Shown here in pieces: positions 24,757 through 38,300 of a stretch of DNA of 64,000 bases. The stretch is from the NCBI GenBank assembly GCA_030141605.1, contig JAQGDQ010000170.1:310001-374000 (forward strand), read 5' to 3'. Position 1 is the stretch's first letter; each line of letters begins with the position of its first letter. Source of the DNA: Tubiluchus corallicola. Lineage: Eukaryota > Animalia > Priapulida. The notes beneath the pieces were generated by a model. That model had not been told where the DNA came from. It searched no databases and was given only the letters and a program-made list of their open reading frames with translations. The position numbers were made by a program, and so were the translations under genes.

Positions 24757-25912
24757 TAATAATAATAATAATAATAATAACAATATTGTATAAGGACACC
24801 AGCGATATAAAAAAAACATTACGGCACTGACCGTTATTTGGCATGTTTCGTCTGCCCTGGCATCCAACTTCACCTACAGCCAGGGGAACTGAAACGTACC
24901 AAATAAGTTCAGTAATATGTATAACTTTGACATTGTTCGTGTTCATATTTTTCCCGAGAAATGTCTTCCTTTAATTAGACCACGTATTGGTCTGATTGAA
25001 ATTATTTTAATTGTAGTTTATAGCCTCAAGTACATAAACAGGCAATATGAAACTGCATCAGGCTTTAAGTGCATTTAAATGACATGTCGTAGAGACCATC
25101 TTCAAATTAAAACATTATGCAGCAAAGCATGCTCTAAAAATCACATTACTATACCAATTAACACCATCAGCCCGAAAAATTGGTAAATATATACCTACTC
25201 TGTGACAGGTCCAATGGTCAGTTTCAAGTTGTCCAGTGGGTCCGCTTCTTGGACACTGACGAATCGCAGAAAAAATTCATTGGCGTTATTCATTGTGGCG
25301 TACGACAGGATGGTCAGGGTACGGTACCGCTCGAAGGTCCTTACCCAAAACAGCACAGTGCAAGAAGGCAGACCCTCAGGTGGTTGATTTACAGGTGCAA
25401 ATTCCAGTCTTCCATATGACGTCATCGAGGTAAATCCCAAATCATAAGATATGAAGGAAGCGGCACAACCTGAAATATTAATGATTTGCAACGGAACTTA
25501 TTTCACTTTTAAGAAAATCTATGACAACGTCTTTCGAGTTATTCTTTCCTAATAAAAATGAAACTCGGCAGCAATGCTTATTATATTACTTACGCTTGTC
25601 TTCATCGTCGTCAGCTTCAGTCACCTGGACACTCCACCATACTGCAAAATAGTTAACAAGAAGTTTCTTTACAGAGCTTGTCTTCTTGAATACTGCTTTT
25701 TGCTCTGTTGTAGTGTTTATAAATTAAAGACTTTTCAGTTTTGCTCTATGCAACTCTAGCAATAACTACTAATGGTTAATGAGGCGACCGTAAGTGGGCT
25801 TACTGCATGCGCCAAATAACAATTAAACAAGCAAGCAAAGGAAAAATGTTGTGAACTTACCACAAACAACAGAAAGAAATCTCACTATGGCTCCTGCACA
25901 AACAGTTTTCAT
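24126..25912 (-). CDS. Secreted pentraxin-domain protein, paralogue A (264 aa, 4 exons)
   Basis: Exons 25912-25861 (MKTVCAGAIVRFLSVVC), 25641-25594, 25469-25199 and 24549-24126. GT-AG ends, phases 1,1,2, total 795 nt. Motifs: ILSYAT..NANEF, DGDWHFVSMSWST.G, GFVVVGQDQDTILGGYDPHQSFVGELSSFNI, GDVIRW. Confidence 0.92.
24641..24782. repeat. (CAG/TAG)n(AAT)n microsatellite in pentraxin A intron 3
   Basis: Direct reading. Explains the poly-I/poly-L ORFs. Confidence 0.95.
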
Positions 25913-28900
25913 CGTGGCTGAATTTTAAGTAAAATCAGCACCCTCCTCACGGGAAGTATCCGACAATCTTTGATCGTGAGTGCAACGAACTGGTTTCTGT
26001 GTTGTATAAATGGCTTCCGTATTAGTACTGTATTCATTTATTACGACGTCAAACGGTACACGTACAGTAACCCATTATCAACGATTACCTGCTTTAACTT
26101 TAACTGATAAGTTATAGCTAAGAAATTCATTTCTCAACGATGTCTTAAAATTTTCATATCTGCAGTTGTATATAAGAAGAGAACCAGTAAACAATCCACG
26201 GTCCTGTTATAGCTCGATTGCTTTTCATTCAGTGTGTGAATGCGTAGTATGTTAATGAATGACTGAAATAAAGAATGAACGAAACGAACAAACGAACGAA
26301 TAAATTAGAAAGAAATAGGCAAACGAAATAAATGGCCTACGAACATAAAACACAACATTCATTCCACAACCAAGACGCAAGACCAATATAGCAAGATGGT
26401 TTCATCACTGCGAACATTTTCAACCTTGTGAAAAAAGAAGAATTTATGTGTTGCACAGCTTTTATTGAATATCACAAAAAAATTTCACTTAAGCCAATAA
26501 TGCAAATTCACAGGGGTATTGTTCATTATTAATTTACTATAGTTCCGCTGAAGCGGTTGGTGTCAGTCGCAAGGTGTTACAGAGCGATCGAGTTGATATC
26601 TAGAAAAATACCTAATTACATCGTATTGGAGTAAATTAATAATTAAAGGAGGCACATGCCTATCGTCGTCTGAAAGCGAAAGCAGAAAATTAATATACGG
26701 AGCATTCTCCGAAATAACACAAAAAGTGAAATGATTTGTGACCCTAATTTATGAACCTGAGTGCCATTGGGCATGCATTGTAAGTAATGCTATAAATACT
26801 TTCACTATGGTATCCAGAGTATCTATAGATTCGAATTAATGTTCGGCTTTTGTAATCAAGTGGCTATATAAAGAAACAATAAAACATGATATTAATATGA
26901 ATATAATTTACAACACTGTGCTCTAAATAAAATAATAATGGATGAAGTTAAACTGATGAAAGATATTCGTATGTGAGATATTAACTCTACTGGGGCTCAG
27001 AATGTTGCATTTTAATATATTAATCCAAACCGCAATACTTGTATGTATGCAAATACTTCAAATTTAGTTTACAAGCCTTAGGTCAACTTTTCTGTGCTTA
27101 ACTGTTATTATACATAATCATATTATTACGACAGTGCTGTAAAAGCTTTAATAAGCTTTGGCCACATATTTTACCTTGTCCGAGAAAATGTGTTACCAGT
27201 GTTATCTTTTACGTAAGAGGCAAATAGAAAACTGATTTGTCACGGAGTGAACTTAGCAACGAAGTAAAACAACGCCAGGTATGCTTTATAAATGGATAGG
27301 TGGCTGTCGAGAAAATAGCTGCTAGGAAAGTTGCGACACATCGAAACAAGATGTATATACATTACTTTTGAACGTGACCAAGGGTTATTATTTTCTTATT
27401 TGCTATGAAAATATCTAGAAAGTGCTTTACGGGGCAATTATCATTGACTGTAACAAGATTCTGGTCGCGCCATAACCGTTTAAAAAGTTGCCTTTGCTGT
27501 TGAGTGCTGAAATATTCATTAAAATTACAGATTATCAGTATATGAAAACAGAAATTAGATGTTTCCAATACAATATTTGTTTGTCATAATGCGTTCATTG
27601 CAGACGATGAGCCTTTGCCGCACTATTGTGTACGTCTTTTTATATTCCTCCAATCTAACATGCTATACAAAAAAATTGAATGCAAATCTAACTAATGAAG
27701 TTGCACTGTTTATATTCAATAACTATTTGTGTGATCAAACACATAGTGAATATTATATAGCTACCACTTAATACTACAATAGCTAATTTTTTCATGTCTC
27801 GCAGTGAATTCACTTACAGATTATGCTTCTAATTGCAAAACATATACATAGAGTATAGTCCAAATTATAGTCAACGATTGAATGTTATATTAATTAAGTG
27901 AGAAACACATCTACACTGAATGTTTATAATCACAAGTAGCCTAGATATAAAGTGCTAAAATTGTGGCTCACTGTATGTCTTCGTCAATATGTTACAACGT
28001 CATCAACAAACCAAATATGTCCAATTGGTAAGTTTCATGTGCAGGTACACACGCACACACATTGTAGGCAGTGAGACAAACGATGATGGTAAATCTTTTA
28101 ACATCATCAAGTGAGACAAAGATTTATAATAAAGATGCTATTATAACACAACATATTTATAATATCACTCATAAGAAATTCATATATTAATAATATAATG
28201 ATGATCATATATATTAATATCAATATCATGAGAAATATAAACGTTAAAACAAAAAAAAACTCAAATCAAATATAAATTTTCAAGTGCCAAATTGCGGCCA
28301 AGCAAAAAAGAGCATTCTTTCTTTTTTACAATACCTATTACATGATGACTTTCCATATGTTTCAAGAAAAGCTTCGTACATTGACCTTCACATATTCAGA
28401 CATAAATTTTCTGAATACACGATTTTTAAGAAAGGCAGAGAGATTATTAGCCCTTAAAAATTTAATAAAGCTTAGGATAATGTAAATTACGCAAAACTAA
28501 ATTATGACTTAATTTACAAATAATAAAGTAGTTAAATATCATTGACAGGCAAAGACAAAGACATTTTCATCATTATGCACACCAGTTCTTGCCTGCAAAC
28601 ACCTTCACGCTACTTTCGCTTATTAAAAAACGTGAAATTTGTATGCGTGTAACCAGACTCTGTTGATATGAACAGCAATGTTACTTTTCGCAATTACTTG
28701 CTTAAAAATTTGCAAAATTAGCTAAAAATTGCTGCCTAAAAATTTTCCAAACGTAAATAATAGTCATTTGGCATTACACATTTTATAAATTATTTATCGT
28801 ATTTTTTTCAATTCATTTTATGTTTCGCAATCTTTCGCAATCTCACTTGCTTGCTTATTTATTCGCCCATTTCATTACTTGCTCGGCGTTCGTTTATTTG

Positions 28901-28915
28901 TTGTTTATTAATTCG

Positions 28916-29045
28916 CTCACTCACTCACTCACTCACTCACTCACTCACTCACTCACTCACTCACTCACTCACTCACTCACTCACTCACTTACTCACGCAT
29001 TCATTCATTCATTCATTCATTTATTCATTCATTCATTCATTCATT
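28916..29045. repeat. (CTCA)n(TTCA)n compound tetranucleotide microsatellite
   Basis: Direct reading. Confidence 0.95.
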
Positions 29046-29310
29046 TATGAACACCCCATACCTTTACAATATTTTGTAATTTTTCGCTAGAGTTATAATT
29101 GTTAGAGTTACATTCCTGTCAGTTTAAAACGCCAAGCACGAAAATTCACATTTGATTGCATTATTCTGAGTTTCATTATTTATTAAATATAAGTCATCTC
29201 CCTTGAAACGTGTCTTTTTCCGCCAGAAATAAGTTTTATAATTTGAAAATTGTCTGAGAAGTTTTCAACAGAGTTGGTGAACTATTTATTTTTGTTCGTA
29301 TTCTCCTGCT

Positions 29311-32300
29311 TCAAGACTTGTCAAATTCGCCGCATCGGCATCTCACTGCACCTTCTGGTTTGTAATGATCGCACGCGTTACGCCTAGAATTGTAAACCTA
29401 AAAACAAAAACTACGTACAGACAGTCCCCAAATAAACTGATTATAACATTTGATGGAAACATACCTTATATAGCTAACAATAATATTTGATTTACTTGAA
29501 GTAGTGTCAAAATGTTTCAAATATTTAAGAATCTATCTGTAGAGTCGCAGTTTGTTGTCTTTACCAACAACAAAATTAAACTTACAGTCGCCAATAGTTT
29601 GAGAAAAGGGAAACTAGTATTAAATGTGTGTTAAAGAGATGAAGACGACTAAAAATTTTGTAAATTAAATGGATTTTTCTTACCAAGTCGCCGCTGCAGT
29701 GAAATTCCTGTTGCCTCTCATTTGGGGTTCCATAGAATAAACATTGGATGAAGCTCTGGCAGTTTCTGGGATCAGGGATAATTCCATTGTCGGTGCATAC
29801 TGGTTTTCTGGTGCATCTTGAACCACCTTCAAAATTAAGATTTGGAGCGCATATTTTCACTTTCTTTTCAGCTTTTATTTTTTTTCTTTGCCTTCCTATT
29901 CCCTTTTATTGACACATTAGGTTCCCGCGAAATCAAGATCAATAATTAACGCACTTTTTTCCAACTTAGATATTTTGGCTTAGAAACTTTCAAAAGTTCA
30001 GTTTGTTTTAATTTTTAAAGTGTGTACTAATAATACACACTAAAATGGTTTTGTTTTAGCAAAACATTTACTCCTAAAACTCATGATAGCGTACAACAGC
30101 GTATGACAATTTAGCTTTGAGTTCAGTAGATGCGGGTACTGGAAACACCTGCATTGATTCTGGCTCATGGACATTCCTACTTGAGAAGTCGACTAATTAG
30201 GACACGTTACGCCTCCATATAGACTAGGATTAGCATCCTTTTGAATAGATTAGTGATTGTTAGTGATACGATTGAACGATTTAATAATTCAGATATCCAG
30301 ATGTATATCTAGCTATCGATTTGCTAAGATATGTAGAGTTTATATTCTACATTTGCCTAATAACTTGCTTTCTCTTACTTTAAATATTTACTTATATATT
30401 TACTTATATATATTATTTACTTATAATTAAACCATTGTTTCTATTACGCGCATTTTAACTGTAAGCTAATGTCCGGTGTAAGCGCGTACTTTACTATAAC
30501 TTGGACATTGCATACCTCTTCTGTATGATGTAGTACTAGCAGTCGTGGGCGTTGTCATCCCTGTGGTTGTTCGTCTAGTGGTTTGAGGTGGTTTTGGAGT
30601 GCCTCTTGTTTTAGAAATGAAAGAGTTGATTGTGACATTCTTGAATTCGCCACACAAACATCGTGCTTCTCCGATGTTCCGGTAGTAGTCGCATGCATCT
30701 GTTTCGTGATTGTAAACCTGAAAGAGATATACTCATACTGATAAGTTAGACGTGTCGTCGTAAAAAATGAATTGCTTATTAAAGCTCGTATTTAACTAAA
30801 ACACAGAAGAATACTATGCGATGCGAAAAAAGAATCTGTTTTGGTGACTAAAACCACACGCTGCGTATTGCACTGTAAAATGTATGCCCTAAAAGCTCAT
30901 CTTTTTAATTAGTTTTGTGATCTCTCCGTTTTCGATTGCAGATTTTGTCCAGCTTGGTTGATAGAAGTAATTTGTTGTGAGAAATACGTTAGAAATATTT
31001 TTGTTTGTCGACTCGCTCATTTCTTTTGGTTATTTTGCATTTTGTATTATTTTATTTTGAAGAGATATTTTGGTGAGCTATTTGCCACAAAAATCTGTGT
31101 GCCTTTTGTCGTTGTTTGAATTTTGGAATTTGCGGATTTGTTGTGGCACACTTCTTACTACATTTCGGCCCACCCCAAGCAAAACTCTAGTACCCCGCAA
31201 CAAAGCTTACTACTAACTTCAAATGCTGCAGTGACACTGGAACTTAGCTAATTATATATGATAACTCGCTGATATGAAACACTGGATCAATGAATTGCTT
31301 TAGCCACATTCGGGCGTGTCCTTCCTCAACAAGGTAAATGAACGTAGCAGATGAAACGAGTTCAGCTGCAGAAGTTTTGTTTTTTGTCGTCCATTACTGA
31401 CCAGGCGTAGTGATACTTAACTCCATAGCCAGACACATACCGTCACTTCTCACCTATACCCTAGTTATGAGTGAATAAAATATATCGGGCAAAAGGCAGT
31501 ATCAGACGTATAGTCAGGTTTATTATGTAACGAAAGGCTGATTATGCAACAATCTGCATTATGTAACAAAAAATACTGCATTATATAACAAACCACAAAA
31601 TTCGTCATTATTTACAAAGTTTTACGTTATTATGGATCAATCATTATACAACAAAATGATGTATTATGTAATAGATAGGCAAATCTAGGATTGATCGTGG
31701 TCGGTGATTAGATTTAGTCTAATTATTGGGTCAGTTGCCTTCTGCTCTAGATGTGGGCCTCGCTCCAGCTTGGTCTGTTCTACTCTAGTTTGGTCTGTGG
31801 CTTAGGCCTTTGACTGTCCGAAGTCTGATCTGTCAGGGTTAAATACGTTACGCATTTTCACACTGCTGTTTATCCGCGAGCTGGTAAATCCACAACCAAT
31901 CCTACCTTGATTTCTTACATAATGCATAATTTTTGGTGCACAATGATTGTTACATAATGAGGTAAAATTTGTTGCATAATGACGAATTATGTGATTTGTT
32001 ACATAATGCTACATTGTTACGTAATGAACTCAAGAAATGTATGAGATAGTCATTGCATGCTATAAATGAGTAAAATTTAAACAAAAAAAATAGTTCGGTA
32101 TTCGTGCTAGGACTCATATTTCAGGTAATTTAGATGCTACTCAGGCTCAGCTCAATGCTCTCACCATAACTTATTATCGAAAAAAATCTGAAAAAAGAGA
32201 TATATTTTTTCAAAGTTTTAGAAGATCGATTACTCGATTTGTAAAATACATGTTTAAGCATCAACTCATAGGTCGAGAACAGAAAGTAAGCAACAATAGG

Positions 32301-35300
32301 CTATCGTTGAGGCACAATAGGCAAACTGATCGCTCCAAAAGTGACCTAGAACGTTATTTAATATGAGATGAATTATGTCGAAATTGCCTGAAATGTGGCC
32401 CAAACGCGCCAACGACCCTGACAGCAAGGAATGGTAGAACAGCTTAATAATAGCGGACTTTCAACACTTAACCACATACGCCAACTGCGACATTGTGTAG
32501 AAAACTGATAAATGATTACTGTTATTAATTTTGATTCTTTGGTTAAAAGCACGTCTCGCGTGCCTCATTATTTCTAAGTGTGAATTTTCGACCTCTGTGT
32601 TAAAAGTAACTGGACAGTCAATAATACCCACATGAAGTATATTGTAATTAGCAGGTTATAAAGTTATGTCCTTCTGCTGCCAATTGTCATTTTTTTCTCA
32701 TTTGTTCTCCTGATCTTTTACAGCTTAAGGATACGACCGGTATGTGCGTTTTTTTACAACTGTTAACAGCTAATTAAAAACATGTTTCTTATCGTGTTTC
32801 AAGATAAGGCTAGACTCGTAGGTTGGCTTATTTACTTATAATAAGGCGTCGTCATTTACTTTGACTGTTTTGTTAAAAAACGAGTCTGCTGTGGAACTTT
32901 TTAAAGTCTGCAAGTTAGCTTTGCTTTCAGCTAATGGCAGATATTAACCTTCGCAACACTGCATTCGTCTCTATTGCTGCTCTTTTAAAAAAAACTTCTG
33001 ATGTTAGACGTATTTTTTTCCAATCATGTGCATGAAGGACGTAAAACAGTGTCAACTAAACTTTAGAACGCAACATTTTGAAGAGAAATTGCTAGATTCT
33101 GAAATAATGACATTATGTAACGTTGCATACTGGTGATTTTTCAGGTTACTCACTGCGATGTAGCCGAACACTTTCTCCTTAATAAGTTTTCGCCAGTTTT
33201 TACATTATGCTGTCAGAATAGAGTTACTCTGTAGTCTATTTTTTATGATAAAAGGGATTCCGTAGCAACGCTAAATGGCTTTCTAAATAACATGAAATGA
33301 ATTCCACGAAAACAAAAAATGGCCTTCTACATTTTCAGCCAGTTAAGCAGAAAAAATCCAATGCTTTGAATTCTGGACTAGTTGATTAGTAATGTTAATT
33401 TCCAAATGAATACGTATAAACGTACACGCGTATTGATTTACGTATAAACAAGAACAGAATAACTGGCCATATAATGCGCTATAGCAACTGGCCAACTGAC
33501 TTACAGGCTAACCAACGAATTTTTGATTGACTGTCTAAGTATTGTAGGTGTCATCTAAATGATACATTAAATTACCTGCACAAACTTGTACTAGTAAATA
33601 TTAGAGTATTTAATAGTTTAGGGCGTCTAATACATTCAAAATGCATTTAATTAACCACACTTGACAGGGTGACTCTTTGGGTAACTCGCTGGCTGAATGA
33701 CTCTCTTACTTGCTCGCTTGCTCACTGGAGGCCAGTTAATTAATCACTTACACGGTAATAACTGCCTATAATTAGGAAGTATTACGCATGTCTTCATACT
33801 AGATCGAAATTGACTTTTTATGTAACAACACCAAATTACGAAGCAGCTAATCCCAACAACATAAAATGGGGAAAGATATATCTCTTACCAGATCCTCAGG
33901 ACAGTCCAGGATGTATTGTCTCTCAACAGGCGTTCCATAATTGACACAAGAAATGAAGTTCTTGCAATTCTTTGGGTTGATCATGTTGCCTTCTTTGACG
34001 CAGATCGGTTCAGCTTCACAGGGATGCCCTGTAAAACGCGTACCACAAAGCACGTTAAAACTTCATTTGCAGCGACTGTATTAAATTGCAATTAGATTGA
34101 TACTGTATTCTATATTTCAAGGGTAGATTAACGAATACCTGAATATAGGTTATTGTGTTTGGAAATCTAACGCGCGGTAACATGTTTGGTTAGGATCTTA
34201 AGAACTACCTCAAGTCAGATTTAGAAAGGGTTACTAAGTATACCCCATCGCCTACTTGGCCCATGGATACCGCGACCCAAGCCCAATCTGACTCACACCA
34301 ATGACTCACTAGCCATAAAATGACCCGCGTCCTAACAGAATTGACCCTTATTGATCCGGTTTTAACTTTATAATGCTGATGACATTTACATTGCTAGCTT
34401 CTGAACAACTGCAAAATCATTCAAATTTCTAAAGAATGGACATCAGCATCACTTGAATGTAACAGATTTCATAGAGCAAAAGCAGTGATTTCCGAGGGTT
34501 AGAATAACTGCGCTGACAAAACTTTAACTGTAGTCAAAAAACTAAAGTTGTAATCTATACACAGTTTTATTTTTATCCCACGTTTCACTTAAAATAAAAA
34601 TATCACTTTTTTAAGTAATATAATTATATAGGTTTTTCGTTGGTCGCATGGTCAGGTTTCAGACCCTCAGGCATTTGATCCAACAAAAACTGCGAATCAA
34701 GTGACCCATGACCCGCGGACCAGCTCTGCTTCAAGTTTATGCCTATTTAGAATATTTAGTGCGAGAGAAATTGCTTTGTAACTACAAGTAGAACAGGAAT
34801 CCATAACACCATTTCTGCACTTTACAAATTTTATGTTAATTTATGCTAGCTTTGGTAGCTTTCGATTTCTGCAGATTGTGTAAAAAGGATTTCTCTAGTG
34901 TATTTGTTAGTTTTATTACGTGCTATTATGCAGCACCAGGGTTCATGTTCAAAAGAAGTATACAGTAATAAATATAAAGTTCAAGGCGTTTACGATACTT
35001 AACGTATAGGACGTTAAGAGCCTATACTTGTAAATCAATATAGGGAGATTTATATAGATTTTGTCTAGATGAAAGCTGCAAATTGGTTTGTTGTATTGGC
35101 GGCTTGCTGATTGGCAAAACACTTCAGTTTAACACTAAATGTTATTACTTCGATAAATTTGCTCACATTCGACATACAGAAATTAAGCACACTCAAAAAT
35201 ATAATAAATATACTACGACTGAACTATATCATTGAATAATCCATAAAGTACTCAAAATTAACTACAAAGTAAGCTTACTGAAATTAAATAGTGGACACTA

Positions 35301-38300
35301 CAGTTAAGTACAAGAAATAACAGAGAATAAAGCACATAGTTGACAATGCAGTAACAGACATGCACATCGTTTAACTCTTTGAAACTTCAACCTCTGGACA
35401 AATCTTACATGATGCTTTCATTGATTGACTGATTCATTGATCGAAGCTATTAGCCAGTATACACGCATGCGAAATCTCCGACGGTGCAGGTCCTACGCGC
35501 AGGTACGATTCAGACGAGGAGGTTCATCCAGCGCTGTCATACCAAAATGTGTATTTTATGATGTAGTGGATGAACTACGAAATGTTTTTATTTATTTTTG
35601 CTAAACTAGGAGCTGTTGCAAGTTTCAGACATTTTGTATGATCCGATGCTAGGTGAATCGCACTTGCGTCGCCGCACATTCCAGGTGCTTGTGTACACGC
35701 CCTTATTATGCTCTGCGCAATGTACGCAATCAGTTTTAATCGGTTAATAGTATTACCGGGCTGACCCACACGAAAGTGGGCCTGGAATTTTTGTCCCCCA
35801 TAATTATGTTTCATATTTTTTCTCACCTCCGCCCAGCTCTCCACACGTACAGCGTTGGTCGATACTAACAGTATCAGGCCAATCACATGTTTTCTTGTCT
35901 TCATTGTAAATTAGAAGAGGTCCACAGGTAAAGATGTTGTATGTCTCTTTTGGTGTTCCCACGTCTGTGCACATTGCAAAGTTTCTGCAGTTAGCTGGAT
36001 CTTTCGTCCTTCCATTAGCTAGACACTTTGGTCTTTCAAAACATCCTGTATCAACTGAGGTTAAAAAAAAGATAAAATGACAGCTTTGTTGAAGCTCTTA
36101 GGTTAGCAGTGCCTGCCATTTTAAAGGCAGCATTATAATACATGATGAATGCTTTCACTTTTTTCTATTCAAGTGCCAAGATTTTTTTCATTTTCTTTTT
36201 ATTTAAAGATATTTTAATGAGGCCTTCTGCTTTTAAAATGTATTATTGAACCGAACTGAAGTTTAAAATTGCTTCTGGAAACTACTATGTAAATGTTTCA
36301 CTCATTTTATGTTCAGGCGAAATATAAAAAAGAATGTAACAATGATAGCCTGACAAAATAAATTAGTAAAATTAGCAGGTGCCAAACATTTAAAAACTTA
36401 TAGGCTATAGCCAAACTCTACATTCGTGATCGTTCTCATTAACTTGGATGTCGATAATTATTCACCTGTGTGCAGTCCACTAATGTAAATCAGCAACCTT
36501 ATAATATTAATTACAAATCTATAAAACAAGTCTTCACTTTCAATTGGTTGATGCATTAATGATGAATATATATTGCATTGTAAAACAATAGACCCTGACA
36601 CACTTATGCTCACAGGTGGTCATACGCCAATCGATCACAAACTTTCTGTCTTGTGTGTGATCGATTAATCCAGAGATTGGGCAGTACCGACTTGCACGGT
36701 AGCTGGGAAAGATGTAACACAAGCAAACAATAGCTATTAGATATTAGAGGTCAAACTGCACAAGCAATAACACGAGCATTGTGAATAAGTATAATCCACG
36801 TTTTATTGGCTTTGTTATAAATGCACTTTTAATAGCTTTGGTAAAAGCCAACTACTCAATATTCTTACATATGATAGAAATTTGGTATCCACACTAACCG
36901 GGTAAGCTCGGGTTTCTATATATCTGTTACCGTGCATAAATAATAAAAGAACTAAATGAGGTAGTGCCAATATTAACAAAATTCAGTAAGCAGTTATATA
37001 GTTATAGACACTTCCAGCAGGTAGACCGAAAAGCTGACAGCATTAAAAGCTGAAAGTGGCTCACATGTTGATGTGTTACATTATTAGTTAGCAACGTAAC
37101 AAAAACCCAACGTATACGTACAGGATCCAAGAAATCTTTGTTCACTAACTTGTCTCTTATCTCTGTGAACTGAATCTTCTAACGCGTTTTCGGAAGTAAC
37201 TGAAATGCGAAAGGTTTGGGATTATTTATGGCTTCTAGAAACAGAGACGAAGACAAAGTTATCAATAGAAGTAAAAATGATGGAAGAACATGTATGTCTA
37301 AGATCATGTTGTTTTGTACCAAGTAACTTTGCACAAAGTAAAAGATTATACTAAAATTTCTTTTTAATGGATAGTTTAAAATTTATCAAGCCAGTTTAAA
37401 TAAACTTCAAAGATATGAATACGCTAATACACACACTGAGTCACTAAGCTGTGATACTCTGCATGTAGATTATGTTGATTTATTCAATTTCAGTGTCGTA
37501 GACTTCTCCTTCTATTGTGTTCCGCTTCACAATTTTTATTTAACATTTGGAGATATTCAGGCTTAACCGACAATTCCTCAAATCGTGTAATTTTATTACA
37601 TATCCAGGTAATTCATTCTGAGTATAGTTAATCAATGTAGGTGAGCATGTCATGTCATGATTACAAAATTATTATTTTGAGGACAGTTAATTTCTAAGGA
37701 GCTTCTTGTTTACTATGTAGTGGACATTAAAGTAGCTGACTAGTTTCATCTTCATAATATGCTTCTAATTAATAATTGGTAGAATCTCACATTTATTAAC
37801 ACTTGTATGTTAGTTTCACCATTAGTAATAATCCTGCAACTAAAATTATACTTAATTTTATTCTTATTCATCTTCCAAATTATCTCGAGGGTTAAGGTTG
37901 AAGTCACTTGTATGCCAAGTGATTAAATTTGAAAATTCCTATTGGATTTTACGTCACGGTAAATGGTAAAACATCTAATATATGTAGTTTAAATATTGAA
38001 AAGCATATTGCATCACTTTTGCCATTAATATAATCACGTCCGGCGTATCATAATGAAGCAGCCACTAATTGTTTATTCATAAAGTTGTAATTAGTAGTTA
38101 TGCGGCTGATTGAAAATAATTAATCAACCGTAGTGAATTATTAATGATCCATTTAATTACTGATTTGCCAACTACATATCATACGGTGGACAGGATACTG
38201 ATATACGGTTTTTTCAGTAGCTGCTATATCTGTAAATTGTGAATACGTTTACGTTCGAGTTGCACAATATCTGTTTCAAGTTTGTTTGCACAATTGACGT

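Noticed and set aside
24550-24946. Poly-L/poly-I ORFs (also 28820-29090, 40822-41242, 42217-42554, 46942-47130, 61995-62402)
   Set aside because: Translations of microsatellites.
34215-34730. Possible hAT-like element with GACCC repeats ending GACCCATGACCCGCGGACCAGCTCTG
   Set aside because: Only one convincing terminus found.
35575-35904. 109-aa minus-strand ORF with an apparent signal peptide (MKTRKHVIGLILLVS)
   Set aside because: Its start overlaps the CBM14 domain-1 exon in a different frame; the Cys-patterned frame is the real one.
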